Shown here: piece by piece, positions 34,503 to 44,847 of the stretch | Layout of the letters: each line of letters starts with the position of its first letter | How positions within the stretch are numbered: position 1 is the first letter of the stretch | From: Burkholderiales bacterium | GTDB lineage: Bacteria; Pseudomonadota; Gammaproteobacteria; Burkholderiales; SG8-39 | Reading direction: 5' to 3' | Assembly (NCBI GenBank): GCA_035499575.1 | Contig: DATJYN010000170.1 | Location: forward strand, 4,123-68,122 | DNA length: 64,000 bases | Position numbers and translations under genes: made by a program | The notes under the pieces: generated by a model | What the model saw: only the letters and a program-made list of their open reading frames with translations | Databases searched by the model: none | Told to the model about the DNA's origin: nothing

Positions 34503-35206
34503 TCCTGCTGCGCTCAGCCCTGTTCTGGCTGGCGCTGCTGCTCTTCACCCCTCCTTACGCGATCCTCGCGCTCGCCAGCGCGCCGCTGCCGCGCATGGCG
34601 CGCTACCGCATCATCTCCGGCTGGTCGCGGCTGATGCTCTGGTGCCTGCGCGCGCTTTGCGGCATCCGTTGGAAGATCGAAGGCCGCGAGTACCTGCCGG
34701 TGGCGCCTTCGGTGATCCTCTCCAAGCACCAGTCGGCCTGGGAAACGCTCGCCTTCCAGCAGATCTTCCCGCCGCAGGTGCACGTGTTGAAGCGCGAACT
34801 GCTCTGGCTGCCGTTCTTCGGCTGGGGCCTCGCGCTGATGAGCCCGATTCCGATCGACCGCGGCCGCGGGATGTCGGCACTGCGCCAGATCGCGCGGCGC
34901 GGCAAGCTGCGCCTGAATCAGGGTTTCTGGGTGGTGGTGTTTCCGGAGGGCACGCGCGTCGCTCCGGGAAAGCGCCGCAAGTACCAGCTGGGCGGCGCCT
35001 GGCTGGCGGCGCACGCCGGTGCAGCCGTCGTGCCGGTAGCGCACAATGCGGGAAAATTCTGGCCGCGCAACTCCTTCCTGAAGTACCCGGGCAGGGTGAC
35101 GGTACGGATCGGGCCGCCGATCGACTGCGCAGGACGCGACCCGAAGACGATCAACGCCATGGCGGAAGAATGGATCGAGAAGCAGCAGCAGGCGCTGGAC
35201 AGCTAG
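34499..35206 (+). CDS. plsC: 1-acyl-sn-glycerol-3-phosphate acyltransferase
   Basis: The internal ATG at 34499 makes an ATGA overlap with gmhB. Acyltransferase motifs SKHQSAWE and VFPEGTR. Confidence 0.85.
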   Translation: MILLRSALFWLALLLFTPPYAILALASAPLPRMARYRIISGWSRLMLWCLRALCGIRWKIEGREYLPVAPSVILSKHQSAWETLAFQQIFPPQVHVLKRELLWLPFFGWGLALMSPIPIDRGRGMSALRQIARRGKLRLNQGFWVVVFPEGTRVAPGKRRKYQLGGAWLAAHAGAAVVPVAHNAGKFWPRNSFLKYPGRVTVRIGPPIDCAGRDPKTINAMAEEWIEKQQQALDS

Positions 35207-35274
35207 CCCTGTTCGATGAACCGCCGCACGCCGGCGCGGCGCCGCTGCGCGTCGCGCTGCTGGGCGGCCGACCG

Positions 35275-35943
35275 GTGGAGTACCGCTTCGAGCGCCGCCG
35301 CCGGCGCACCATCGCCATCAAGGTGAGCGAGCACGGCCTGGCGGTATTCGCGCCCCTGCGCGCGCCCTGGCGCGAAGTCGAGGGCTTCCTGCACGAGAAG
35401 GCGCGCTGGATCCTGCGCAAGCTGGACGAGCGCGCGGCGGCGGGCAAGCCACGCACGCTCTTCGGCGAGAGCGGCGAAACACTGCCCCTGCATGGTTGCG
35501 AAGTAGCGCTGCTCGTCACGCCGGGAAAACGCGCGGTCGGTCTCGCTGGCGCAGTATTGTGCGTCAGCCTGCCCCAGCCGGAGCGCAGGGGCGCGGTACG
35601 GGATCTGCTGCTGCGCTGGCTGAAGGCGCGTGCGCTCGAGTCTCTCGCGCCGCGCGTCGCACACTACGCAGCGCGCGTCAGCCTGCCGGCGCCGCCGCTC
35701 GCGCTCTCGAACGCGCGCACGCAATGGGGCGTATGCATGGCGAGCGGCCGCATCCGCCTCGCCTGGCGCCTCGTGCACCTGCACCCGGAACTCGCGGATT
35801 ACGTGGTGGCGCATGAAGTCGCGCACTTGGTGGAACTGAACCACTCCGAGCGCTTCTGGGCGCTCGTCGAATGGCTGTATCCTCACTGGCGCGAGGCGCG
35901 CGAGCGCATCGAGCGCGATGCCGCCGCCATCCCGAGAATCTGA
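35275..35943 (+). CDS. YgjP/M48-like (SprT-like) zinc metallohydrolase
   Basis: HExxH motif [16 protein letters not shown] near the C-terminus. The start is uncertain: GTG 35275 is reported, but an in-frame CTG at 35209 just after the plsC stop is possible. The ORF-track start at 34642 overlaps plsC and is not credible. Confidence 0.7.
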   Translation: MEYRFERRRRRTIAIKVSEHGLAVFAPLRAPWREVEGFLHEKARWILRKLDERAAAGKPRTLFGESGETLPLHGCEVALLVTPGKRAVGLAGAVLCVSLPQPERRGAVRDLLLRWLKARALESLAPRVAHYAARVSLPAPPLALSNARTQWGVCMASGRIRLAWRLVHLHPELADYVVAHEVAHLVELNHSERFWALVEWLYPHWREARERIERDAAAIPRI

Positions 35944-35963
35944 CCACCCCATACGAGGAACCC

Positions 35964-36347
35964 ATGAGAATCCTGCACACCATGCTGCGCGTCGGCGACC
36001 TGGAACGCTCGCTGAAGTTCTACACCGACGTGCTCGGCATGAAGCTGCTGCGCACCACCGACCGGCCGGACCAGAAATATTCCCTGGCCTTCGTCGGCTA
36101 CGGCGGCGAGGACAGCACCGCGGTGCTGGAACTGACCTACAACTACGGCGTTGACAAGTACGACCTCGGTTCCGCGTTCGGCCACATCGCCATCGAGATC
36201 CCGGACGTGAAGAAGGCCTGCGACGCCGTGCGCGCCAAGGGCGGCACCGTCACGCGCGAAGCGGGGCCCGTGAAGGGCGGCACTACCGTGATCGCGTTCG
36301 TGCAGGACCCGGACGGCTACAAGATCGAGTTCATCGAACGCAAGTAG
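35964..36347 (+). CDS. gloA: lactoylglutathione lyase (glyoxalase I)
   Basis: The ATG at 35964 follows a [35 protein letters not shown]...GHIAIE...[11 protein letters not shown]. Confidence 0.95.
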   Translation: MRILHTMLRVGDLERSLKFYTDVLGMKLLRTTDRPDQKYSLAFVGYGGEDSTAVLELTYNYGVDKYDLGSAFGHIAIEIPDVKKACDAVRAKGGTVTREAGPVKGGTTVIAFVQDPDGYKIEFIERK

Positions 36348-36360
36348 GATCGCGCCGGCA

Positions 36361-37311
36361 GTGCATCGCTTTGTCAAGACGGTTTTCTGGATCGCCGCGA
36401 GCCTGATGCTCGCGGCCGGCGCCGCCGTATCGCTGAGCTGGGCGCCAGACCGCCCCGTGTCGGAACTACAGGCGCGTTGGGCGCCGCCGCCTTCGGTGTT
36501 CGTCGACATCGGGGGCTTGCAGGTTCACCTGCGCGACGAAGGCCCGCGCAACGACCCGGCCCCCATCGTGCTGCTGCACGGCACGTCCGCGAGCCTGCAT
36601 ACCTGGGATGGATGGGCCGCCGTCCTAGTTGCGCAGCGCCGCGTCATCCGCTTCGACCTACCGGGCTTTGGCCTGACCGGCCCGTTTCCGGACGGCGACT
36701 ACCGTCCTGCGCATTACCTGCGCTTCATGGGAGCCCTGTTCGACAAGCTGGGCATCAAGAACTGCGTGCTGGCAGGCAATTCCTTCGGCGGACAGATTGC
36801 GTGGCTGACCTCCCTCGCGTACCCGCAGCGTGTCGAGAAGCTCGTCCTGGTGGACTCGGCCGGCTATCCGTTGCAGCCGAACTCCGTGCCGGTCGGCTTC
36901 CGCATCGCGCGCACTCCGGTGCTGAATCAGTTGATGCGCAACATGCTGCCGCGCCTGCTGGTCGAGGCGAGCGTTCGCAATGTCTATGGCGATCCGGCGA
37001 AGGTGACCCCGGCGCTCGTCGACCGCTACTACGAGATCACCCTGCGGGAAGGAAACCGTGATGCGCTCGTGCAACGCTTCATCCAGTTCCCGTCAGGCCC
37101 GGATGCCCAGCGTATCACGGACCTGAAATTGCCGGCGCTAATCCTCTGGGGCGGGCGCGACCGGTTGATTCCGCCCGCCGATGCGGAGCGCTTCCACCGA
37201 GACATTGCCGGCAGCACGCTCGTGGTTTTTCCCGCCCTAGGCCATGTGCCGCACGAGGAGGACCCCGCGGCTACGGCTGCAGCGGTCAGGAAGTTCCTGG
37301 GCCTGACCTAG
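36361..37311 (+). CDS. alpha/beta-fold hydrolase
   Basis: 316 aa. N-terminal TM/signal segment, HGTSAS oxyanion region, nucleophile elbow GNSFGG, and a C-terminal GHVPHEE histidine motif. Confidence 0.8.
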   Translation: MHRFVKTVFWIAASLMLAAGAAVSLSWAPDRPVSELQARWAPPPSVFVDIGGLQVHLRDEGPRNDPAPIVLLHGTSASLHTWDGWAAVLVAQRRVIRFDLPGFGLTGPFPDGDYRPAHYLRFMGALFDKLGIKNCVLAGNSFGGQIAWLTSLAYPQRVEKLVLVDSAGYPLQPNSVPVGFRIARTPVLNQLMRNMLPRLLVEASVRNVYGDPAKVTPALVDRYYEITLREGNRDALVQRFIQFPSGPDAQRITDLKLPALILWGGRDRLIPPADAERFHRDIAGSTLVVFPALGHVPHEEDPAATAAAVRKFLGLT

Positions 37312-38050
37312 CGCCCAACTGCGCGATGCGCAGGTAGTCGGCCGGCGAAAGATTTTCCGGCCGGAGGTCCGGATCCAGCGCCAACGCGGCGAAATCGCCG
37401 GGTGAAAGCCCCAGCGCGTTGCGCAGTATTTTCCTCCGGGCGCTGAATGCCCGCCTGACGATTTCGGCGAATCCTTCCGGAATCGCGACGCCGGGCAGCG
37501 GCACCAACCGCACGACCGCGGATTCAACTTTCGGCGGCGGCCGGAAGGCGCCCGGTGCGACATTGAAGAGCTTCTTCATCGCGAAGCGCGTCTGCAGCAT
37601 TACCGAGAGCCGGCCATAGTCCGGCGTCGAGTGCCTCGCCACCATGCGATCCACCACTTCCCGCTGCAGCATGAAATGCATGTCGCGCAGCCGGCCGGCG
37701 TGGCGCGCGAGGTGGAAAAGAAGGGGGGTGGAAATGTTGTAAGGCAGGTTGCCGACGACGCGCGCGCCGGGCGCCAATGCTGAAAAGTGATAGTCGAGCG
37801 CATCGCTGCAGATGACGGCGAGCCTGTCCGCCGGGAATTCTTCACCAAGGCGCCGCGCAAGGTCGCGGTCGATCTCGATGGCGGTGAGCCGGTCGACGCG
37901 CTCCAGCAGCGGCCGGGTCAGCGCACCCGCGCCGGGGCCGATTTCAACGATCGCATCGCCGGGCGCGGGCGCAATCGCCTCGACGATACGCTTCAGAACT
38001 GCGGGATCGTGCAGGAAATGCTGGCCAAAACGCTTACGCGTTTTCAACAC
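37286..38050 (-). CDS. rsmA: 16S rRNA (adenine1518/1519-N6)-dimethyltransferase
   Basis: 254 aa. KRFGQHFLHD start and SAM motif VEIGPGAGALT. Lies in lptD-surA-rsmA synteny. Confidence 0.93.
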   Translation of the reverse strand: MLKTRKRFGQHFLHDPAVLKRIVEAIAPAPGDAIVEIGPGAGALTRPLLERVDRLTAIEIDRDLARRLGEEFPADRLAVICSDALDYHFSALAPGARVVGNLPYNISTPLLFHLARHAGRLRDMHFMLQREVVDRMVARHSTPDYGRLSVMLQTRFAMKKLFNVAPGAFRPPPKVESAVVRLVPLPGVAIPEGFAEIVRRAFSARRKILRNALGLSPGDFAALALDPDLRPENLSPADYLRIAQLGARSGPGTS

Positions 38051-38089
38051 ATTCGCTTACGCGCTTTCAACCGTTCCTTCTGCGCGGCT

Positions 38090-39457
38090 TCACTTGTCTT
38101 CCAGGCGCAACTCGACGTAGGTGCGGTCGCGCAGCTGGCGCAGCCAGTCCTGGTAGGCCTCCTCGGACTTGCGTTCCTTGATCGCCTGGCGCGCCTGCAT
38201 GCGCCGGCGTTCGGGCGAGACACCCGCCGCGCGGCGCTCTTCCACCTGGATCAGGTGCCAGCCGAAGGGCGATTTCACCGGCTGGCTGATTTCGCCGACC
38301 TTGAGTGCGTCCATGGCGCGTTCGAAATCGGGCACCGTGTCGCCGGGCAGCAGCCAGTCGAGTTCGCCTCCGCGCGAGGCGCTGCCGTCCGCGGAATTGA
38401 GCCGCGCCAACTCCCCGAAATCGGCGCCGCCGGTGACGATGCGCTCGCGCAGGTCGGCAAGCCGCCTGCGCGCGTCGGCCTCCGAAACTACTTCGCTGGT
38501 GCGTATGAGGATGTGCCGTGCGCGCGTCTGCTGTACCGGCGCGCCCTCCTCGCCGCTGCCGCGTCGCTCGATGACCTTGAGGACGTGAAAGCCGCCGGGG
38601 CTGCGCAATACGCCGCTGACTTCACCGGTCTTCATGCCCTTCACCGCATTGGCGAACAGTTCGGGCAGCCTGTTTTCCGATCGCCAGCCCATTGCCCCGC
38701 CCTGCAGCGCGTCGGGCGCGTCGGAGTAGCTCGCCGCGACCTTCGCAAAATCGGTGCCCGCCAATGCTTCGGCGCGCGCCCTTTCAGCTTTCTTGCGCGC
38801 CGCGTCGAGCTGCTCCGGGCTGGCCTGCTCCGGCAGGCGCACCAGCACGTGCGCCAGGTTGTATTCGCTGCGCGCGCTGCCGCCGGCCTTGGCCTCGGCG
38901 AGGAACTGGTCGATCTCGGCGTCGCTTACCTCGATGCGATCGTCGACTTCGCGTTCGCGCAGCCGCTGCATCTGTATTTGCTGGCGCACCTCCTCGCGGA
39001 AGCGCTCGTACGGCACCCCGTCCTTCTCCAGCGCTCGCCGGAACGCCGCCAGCGACATACTATTATTCTCGGCGACGCGTTCCAGAGCGCGGTCGAGCTG
39101 GAGCTCCTCGACGCGGATCCCGCTGTCGCGCGCGAGCTGCAGCTGCGCCTTGTCGATGATCAGGCGGTCGAGAATCTGGCGCTCGAGCAGCATGCGGTCT
39201 GGCAGCGGCGTGCCCTGGCGCCGCAACTGCCGCTCGGCGAAGTCGCGCCGCTCGGCAAGCTCGGATTGCGTGACGACCTCCTTGCCGACGACCGCGACAA
39301 TGCGATCGACCAGGACGGCGTGCTGCGGCTCGCGCGGCTGTCCGGGTTCCGGCGCCGCCTGGCCCGGCCGCGGCACCTGACCCTGGAACTGCGTCTGCGC
39401 GTGGACTGGCGCCGCAAATGCAATGCACAGCGCCATGGCCGCCGTGTTGATTTGCAT
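38090..39457 (-). CDS. surA: periplasmic chaperone / peptidyl-prolyl isomerase SurA
   Basis: The ATG at 39457 gives signal peptide MQINTAAMALCIAFAAPVHAQ. Two parvulin domains (GGFHVLKV, FGWHLIQV). Confidence 0.9.
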   Translation of the reverse strand: MQINTAAMALCIAFAAPVHAQTQFQGQVPRPGQAAPEPGQPREPQHAVLVDRIVAVVGKEVVTQSELAERRDFAERQLRRQGTPLPDRMLLERQILDRLIIDKAQLQLARDSGIRVEELQLDRALERVAENNSMSLAAFRRALEKDGVPYERFREEVRQQIQMQRLREREVDDRIEVSDAEIDQFLAEAKAGGSARSEYNLAHVLVRLPEQASPEQLDAARKKAERARAEALAGTDFAKVAASYSDAPDALQGGAMGWRSENRLPELFANAVKGMKTGEVSGVLRSPGGFHVLKVIERRGSGEEGAPVQQTRARHILIRTSEVVSEADARRRLADLRERIVTGGADFGELARLNSADGSASRGGELDWLLPGDTVPDFERAMDALKVGEISQPVKSPFGWHLIQVEERRAAGVSPERRRMQARQAIKERKSEEAYQDWLRQLRDRTYVELRLEDK

Positions 39458-39467
39458 CGGAGCCGGC

Positions 39468-41774
39468 TTAGAAAACCTGGTTGAAAGGCAACTGCGGTCG
39501 CAGGCTCTGCGGAACAAGTTGCGGATCAGTTGGATTGGTGCGCGCATAGCCCGGCACGTTGCGGCTCATGAAGTAGGCCGTATCCTCGGCGCCGACCTGA
39601 CCGAGGCCGTTGAATTCGATCTGGAAAAAAGCGCCGGTGGACGCGGTCTGCGTCGCCGCCTGCAGGCGCTGCACGACGCCGCGGAACACCCAGCAGCCGG
39701 CATTGTACTCCAAGCCGGCCAGGGCCTGGACGACCGTTTTGTCGAGGAACGAATAATTGTAACGGCCGATCGCGTACCAGCCCGCTGAAACCGGCCACTG
39801 GCCGGCGATGTCCATCTGCCGGAAGGGATTCGAAGGATCCTGGTTGTATCGGTAGGTGGCGCTGACGACCTTTGCGATTTCTGGCGCATAGCGTGCCGCC
39901 AGGCCATAGCGATCCGCGCGTGCTTGGTCGAAGTTGTATTGCAGGGTGCTGTCGAAGGTGACGGCCTGGAACCGGCCACCGACCGAGGCCAGCAGGTCGG
40001 ACGCGCCCCTGATGGGTGGCGGCGGGCTGGGCGTGGTGGAGGTCGTGCTGTTCAGGGCAACCTGGTAGTTCGTGAAATAGTAGCGCTGGCCGAGCGTGGC
40101 GCGGAACTGCTCCTGCCCGCGCTCGTTCAGAAACCGCGTGGTGGCGGCCAGCGTCAGCTGGTTGGCGTCGCCGAACCGGTCGCCGCCCGAGAAGCGGTTT
40201 TCGCTGAACAGTTGCGCGTAGTTGAAGTCCGCCAGCGCCGTGTCGAACAGCGGAACCTGGCTCTGGTCGCGGAAAGGCGCATAGAGATAGTAGACGCGCG
40301 GCTCCAGCGTCTGAGTGAGGTTCTGTCCCAATAGCGTCATGCCGCGCTCGAAGGTAAGACCGCCATCCAGGCTGGTCCACGGCACGGTGACCGCCTGGCG
40401 CTGGCTCTGGCCTGGCGCGGTGTTCTGCAGATCGTAGGACGCAGTGTGCACGCCGAAGCGCGGTGTCACGAAATACCCGGGCGTGTTGTACGGGATCGAC
40501 ATCGACGGATTGAACTGCGTGCGCGAGCCCTCGACCAGCGAATTGCTCGCGAATCTGACGTACTCGCCGGGCAGCGTGACGTCCGCGAGCCCGGCCACGT
40601 TTACCTTGGAAGTACCGAAACTGATCTGCGGCACGCGGGCGTAGGGCGTCACGATCGGCGCGAGCGGGTCCTGCAGGGTCTGGAAAGTCTGCGCCCGCGC
40701 TATCAGGTAGGACGGCATGTCGAAGAACGTGTTCGAGTAGGTGAGCACGCCTTCCCTGGGCAGGACGCCCTGCGAGATCGTGTGCACCGACGTGGCGAAG
40801 TCGACCATGTAGCGGTCGTCGCTCACCTTGTTCACGTCGATCTTCAAGTTCAGGTTGGGCAGCAGGTTCTGGTCGTGCTGGAACGAGTAGCCACTGCGCG
40901 GCCGGTCCAGCACATGGTCGTCCGGCATGTATTCGCCGCGCAACTGGCCCTTGTAGGTCTCTCCCATGTAGCGGTAGAAGCCCTTCAATTGCTCGCCGCG
41001 CTTGGTCATGTAGGCCGGCGTCAGCAGCAGGTCCTGCTCGGGCGCGATGTTGAGGTAGAAAGGCGTGCCGATTTCAAGGCCGCGGCGCGAGTTCTGCGAA
41101 TAATAGGGCGCGAGAAACCCCGTCTTGCGGCTGTTCTCCAGCGGAAAACTGGCGTAGGGAAGCGCCATCACCGTCGTGTCCAGGAAGCGCATGCGCATGT
41201 CGCGCGCCTTGCCCTCCTGGGCTTCGTTGTCCAGCTCCATCTCGCCGGCCTCGATGAGCCAGCCGTCGTCGCCGGGCTTGCAGGTGGTATAGGTCGCCTG
41301 ATTCAGCCGCATCTTGTCCTTGCTCAGGAACTCGATCCGCTCGGCGGTGCCGCGCGCCGGCATGTTTTCGCCGATCAGGAAAGTCGCTTCTTCGAACACG
41401 CCGGTGTCGTCCTGGGTGTTGTAGCGCAAGCGCGGACCGAAGAAGCGGTCGACGCCGCGCTGCACCCGCACGCCGCCGTCCGCTTCGACGCGGCCGAATT
41501 CCCGGTTGTAGCGTAGGTACTCGCTGTAGATCGACAGGTCCTCGCGCTGGAACTCCACCCGGCCGCGTGCAGTGACCTCCAGTCCGGAGACGCCTTCAAT
41601 CTGTTCGGCATCGATGGTGGTGGGACCGACGGGCTTCGGCGCCTTGGCCGGCGCGGGCTTGGGCACGGCACCGGGCGCGGGAACCAGCGTCGACTCCGGC
41701 GCCTGCGGCCAGGCCAGCGTTGCGCCCGACAGCAGGATCAGCAGCGCCGCGAGCCGGGCCGTGGGGCGAAGCAT
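39468..41774 (-). CDS. lptD: LPS-assembly outer-membrane protein LptD
   Basis: 768 aa with a signal peptide. Large beta-barrel-type sequence rich in Y/F-x alternation and ending in F. Positioned directly upstream of surA. Confidence 0.93.
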   Translation of the reverse strand: MLRPTARLAALLILLSGATLAWPQAPESTLVPAPGAVPKPAPAKAPKPVGPTTIDAEQIEGVSGLEVTARGRVEFQREDLSIYSEYLRYNREFGRVEADGGVRVQRGVDRFFGPRLRYNTQDDTGVFEEATFLIGENMPARGTAERIEFLSKDKMRLNQATYTTCKPGDDGWLIEAGEMELDNEAQEGKARDMRMRFLDTTVMALPYASFPLENSRKTGFLAPYYSQNSRRGLEIGTPFYLNIAPEQDLLLTPAYMTKRGEQLKGFYRYMGETYKGQLRGEYMPDDHVLDRPRSGYSFQHDQNLLPNLNLKIDVNKVSDDRYMVDFATSVHTISQGVLPREGVLTYSNTFFDMPSYLIARAQTFQTLQDPLAPIVTPYARVPQISFGTSKVNVAGLADVTLPGEYVRFASNSLVEGSRTQFNPSMSIPYNTPGYFVTPRFGVHTASYDLQNTAPGQSQRQAVTVPWTSLDGGLTFERGMTLLGQNLTQTLEPRVYYLYAPFRDQSQVPLFDTALADFNYAQLFSENRFSGGDRFGDANQLTLAATTRFLNERGQEQFRATLGQRYYFTNYQVALNSTTSTTPSPPPPIRGASDLLASVGGRFQAVTFDSTLQYNFDQARADRYGLAARYAPEIAKVVSATYRYNQDPSNPFRQMDIAGQWPVSAGWYAIGRYNYSFLDKTVVQALAGLEYNAGCWVFRGVVQRLQAATQTASTGAFFQIEFNGLGQVGAEDTAYFMSRNVPGYARTNPTDPQLVPQSLRPQLPFNQVF

Positions 41775-41871
41775 CGAAGGGTTGCGCGTAGCGCGGTGTG
41801 CAGGGAAAAACGGAGGAGAAATTGGACCATCTTTTGAGAGTGAAAAGTGTCATAATTCCGCGCAAATCGCA

Positions 41872-42849
41872 ATGGATTTCAGACTCGTCGAGCTCGAGCG
41901 CTGGCTCGGCGCGCAATTCCCCGAGTTGACACGCACACTGGCCCCCGCCTCCGCTGACGCGAGCTTCCGGCGCTATTTCCGCGCGCGCCTCGGCGACGGC
42001 CGCAGCTTCATCGTCATGGATGCGCCGCCCGGCAAGGAAGACTGCAAACCGTTCATGCGGGTGGCGGCACTGTTCGCCGCCGCCGGCGCGCACGTACCCG
42101 CGATCCACGCCGAAGATCTGGACGCCGGCTTTCTGCTGCTGGAAGACCTGGGCGATACGACGTTTCTCGAAGCGTTGGACCGCAAGCAGGATCCCATGCC
42201 GCTTTACGCCGCTGCGACCGAAACACTGGTGCGCATCCAGCAGGCGAGCCGGCCCGGCGTACTGCCGGAGTATGACCGCGCGTTGCTCGAGCGCGAGCTG
42301 AACCTGTTCCCCGACTGGTACCTTGCCAGGGAGCGCAAGCGCGATCTCGCGCCCGCGGATCTGAAGGTACTGCGCGCTGCATTTGATGCGCTGCTCGCGA
42401 ACAATCTCGCGCAGCCTCGGGTGTTCGTGCACCGCGACTTCCATTCCCGCAACCTGATGCTGGCCGAGCCGCTGCCCGGCGTGCTCGATTTCCAGGACGC
42501 GGTTTACGGACCGATCACCTACGACCTGGTTTCCCTGCTGCGGGATGCATACATCGGCTGGACGGAGGACCAGGTGATCGACTGGGCCGTGCGCTACTGG
42601 GAACGGGCGCGCAAGGCCGGCCTGCCGGTACGTGCCGATTTCGCCGAGTTCTATCGCGACTTCGAGTGGATGGGGGCGCAGCGCCAGTTGAAAGTCGTGG
42701 GCATCTTCGCCCGCCTCTGCCACCGCGACGGCAAAGACCGCTACCTAGCGGATATCCCGCGCGTGCTCGGCTACCTGGTCGGAACCTGCCGTCGCTATCG
42801 CGAACTGGCGCCGCTCGCGCGGCTGCTCGAGAGGCTGGCTGCGGCATGA
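41872..42849 (+). CDS. amgK: aminoglycoside-phosphotransferase-fold sugar kinase, AmgK-like (anomeric MurNAc/GlcNAc kinase)
   Basis: The ATG at 41872 gives MDFRLVELERW... Kinase catalytic loop HRDFHSRNLM and DFQDA. It is divergent from lptD and followed by murU, as in Pseudomonas. Confidence 0.8.
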   Translation: MDFRLVELERWLGAQFPELTRTLAPASADASFRRYFRARLGDGRSFIVMDAPPGKEDCKPFMRVAALFAAAGAHVPAIHAEDLDAGFLLLEDLGDTTFLEALDRKQDPMPLYAAATETLVRIQQASRPGVLPEYDRALLERELNLFPDWYLARERKRDLAPADLKVLRAAFDALLANNLAQPRVFVHRDFHSRNLMLAEPLPGVLDFQDAVYGPITYDLVSLLRDAYIGWTEDQVIDWAVRYWERARKAGLPVRADFAEFYRDFEWMGAQRQLKVVGIFARLCHRDGKDRYLADIPRVLGYLVGTCRRYRELAPLARLLERLAAA

Positions 42850-42859
42850 GCGCCTCGAC

Positions 42860-43531
42860 ATGAACGCGATGATCCTGGCGGCGGGCCGCGGCGAGCGCCT
42901 GCGGCCGCTGACCGACACCACGCCCAAACCGCTGGTCGAGGCGGGCGGCGAGAGCCTGCTCGGGCGCCATCTCGCGCGCCTCGCGCATGCCGGTTTCGTG
43001 CGCGCGGTGATCAACGTCTCGCATCTGGCGGAAAAAATCGTCGCGCGCTTTGCTGACGGCGCAAAGTATGGGATCAAGATCGACTGGTCGCGCGAAGCCG
43101 AGCCGCTGGAAACCGCGGGCGGCATCGCGCAGGCGCGCAAGCTGCTTGGAGAGGAGCCGTTCTTGCTGGTCAACGCGGATGTCTGGTGCGATTACGACTT
43201 TTCCAGGTTGAGAAATTTCCAGTTGGCACCACGCCTCGCCCATCTGGTCCTGGTACCCAACCCGCTCTTCCATGCCGCGGGCGATTTCACGCTTGAACGC
43301 GGTGTCGTCGGCAATGCCTCGGCGCCGCGCTACACTTACGGAGGCATTTCGGTGCTCGCGCCGCGGCTCGTCGACGGCGTGGTCGCGGGTCGCAAAGCGC
43401 AGTTGGCGCCGCTCTGGCGGGCTGCTGCGGAACGCGGCGAAGTGACAGGTGAGCTTTACGAAGGACACTGGAGCGATGTCGGCACGCCCGAACGGCTGGC
43501 CGAATTGAAGGCGCGACTGGACAAGCGATGA
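42860..43531 (+). CDS. murU: N-acetylmuramate alpha-1-phosphate uridylyltransferase-like nucleotidyltransferase
   Basis: 223 aa. N-terminus MILAAGRGERLRPLTDTTPKPL. Paired with the amgK-like gene. Confidence 0.8.
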   Translation: MNAMILAAGRGERLRPLTDTTPKPLVEAGGESLLGRHLARLAHAGFVRAVINVSHLAEKIVARFADGAKYGIKIDWSREAEPLETAGGIAQARKLLGEEPFLLVNADVWCDYDFSRLRNFQLAPRLAHLVLVPNPLFHAAGDFTLERGVVGNASAPRYTYGGISVLAPRLVDGVVAGRKAQLAPLWRAAAERGEVTGELYEGHWSDVGTPERLAELKARLDKR

Positions 43532-44847
43532 AATCGAACGATCTCGATCCGGCCCAGCACGGCGCGCGCCGCGCGCGCCTCGCGCAAGCCATGCAGGGCG
43601 GCATCGCGGTGATCCCGACCGCGCCGGAACGCATCCGCAACCGCGACACGCATTTCCCGTACCGCTACGACAGCTACTTCTATTACCTGACCGGCTTCGC
43701 CGAGCCGGAGGCTGTGCTGGTGGTCGTCGCCGGCCCGCAGCCCAGGAGCCTGCTGTTCTGCCGCGAGAAGGACGAGGAGCGCGAAACCTGGGACGGCTTC
43801 CGGTTCGGGCCGAAAGGCGCGCAGGAGCGCTTCGGTTTCGACGAAGCCCACCCGATCTCCGAACTCGACGCGAAGCTCGCCGCGCTGCTCGGCGACCAGC
43901 CCGCGCTGTATTACCCGGTCGGCGCCGATGCTGAATGGGATGCCCGCGCCATCGGCTGGCTGAACGCGGTGCGCGCGCAATCGCGCTCGGGCGTGGGCGT
44001 GCCGGAACGCGTGCAAGACGTGCGCGCGCTGGTGGATGAAATGCGCCTCGTGAAGGACGCGCACGAACTCGGCGTGATGCGCCGTGCCGCCGCGATCTCG
44101 GCGGCAGCGCACAAGCGGGCAATCCGCGCAGCGCGCCCGGGCCGCTTCGAGTACGAGCTGGAGGCGGAACTGCTCTACGAATTCCGCCGCGGCGGCGCGC
44201 AGTTTCCGGCCTACTGGCCTATCGTCGCGGGCGGCGCCAATGCCTGCGTGCTGCATTACGTGTCGAACGAAGACATCCTGCGCGACGGCGACCTGGTGTT
44301 GATCGACGCCGGCTGCGAGCTGGCCGGCTACGCTTCGGACATCACGCGCACGTTTCCCGTCGGCCGGCGATTTTCGGGAGAACAACGCGCAGTTTACGAG
44401 CTCGTGCTCGCGGCGCAGGCTGCCGCGATGGACAAAGTGCGCGCGGGCGCCGCCTGGAACGAGCCGCACGACGCCGCGGTGCGCGTGCTGGCGCAGGGCA
44501 TGATCGACCTGAAGCTGCTCGCGGGCGGCCTCGATGAGGCACTGGAGAAGGAAACCTACAAGCGCTTCTACATGCACCGCACCGGCCACTGGCTCGGTCT
44601 CGACGTGCACGACGCGGGCGACTACAAGCGCGCCGGCAAGTGGCGTTCCCTGGTTCCCGGCATGGTCCTCACGGTGGAGCCCGGGCTCTACATCCGCGCA
44701 GCCGAGGACGTGCCCGAGCGCCTGCGCGGCATCGGCATCCGCATCGAGGACGACGTGCTCGTCACCGCGGGCGCCTGCGACATCGTCACGAAGGAGACGC
44801 CGAAGAGCGTCGCGGACATCGAGGCACTGAAACGGGATGCCGGCTGA
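43528..44847 (+). CDS. pepP: Xaa-Pro aminopeptidase
   Basis: 439 aa. M24B metal-site motifs LIDAGCE, HWLGLDVHD, VLTVEPGLY and GIRIEDDV. Confidence 0.92.
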   Translation: MKSNDLDPAQHGARRARLAQAMQGGIAVIPTAPERIRNRDTHFPYRYDSYFYYLTGFAEPEAVLVVVAGPQPRSLLFCREKDEERETWDGFRFGPKGAQERFGFDEAHPISELDAKLAALLGDQPALYYPVGADAEWDARAIGWLNAVRAQSRSGVGVPERVQDVRALVDEMRLVKDAHELGVMRRAAAISAAAHKRAIRAARPGRFEYELEAELLYEFRRGGAQFPAYWPIVAGGANACVLHYVSNEDILRDGDLVLIDAGCELAGYASDITRTFPVGRRFSGEQRAVYELVLAAQAAAMDKVRAGAAWNEPHDAAVRVLAQGMIDLKLLAGGLDEALEKETYKRFYMHRTGHWLGLDVHDAGDYKRAGKWRSLVPGMVLTVEPGLYIRAAEDVPERLRGIGIRIEDDVLVTAGACDIVTKETPKSVADIEALKRDAG

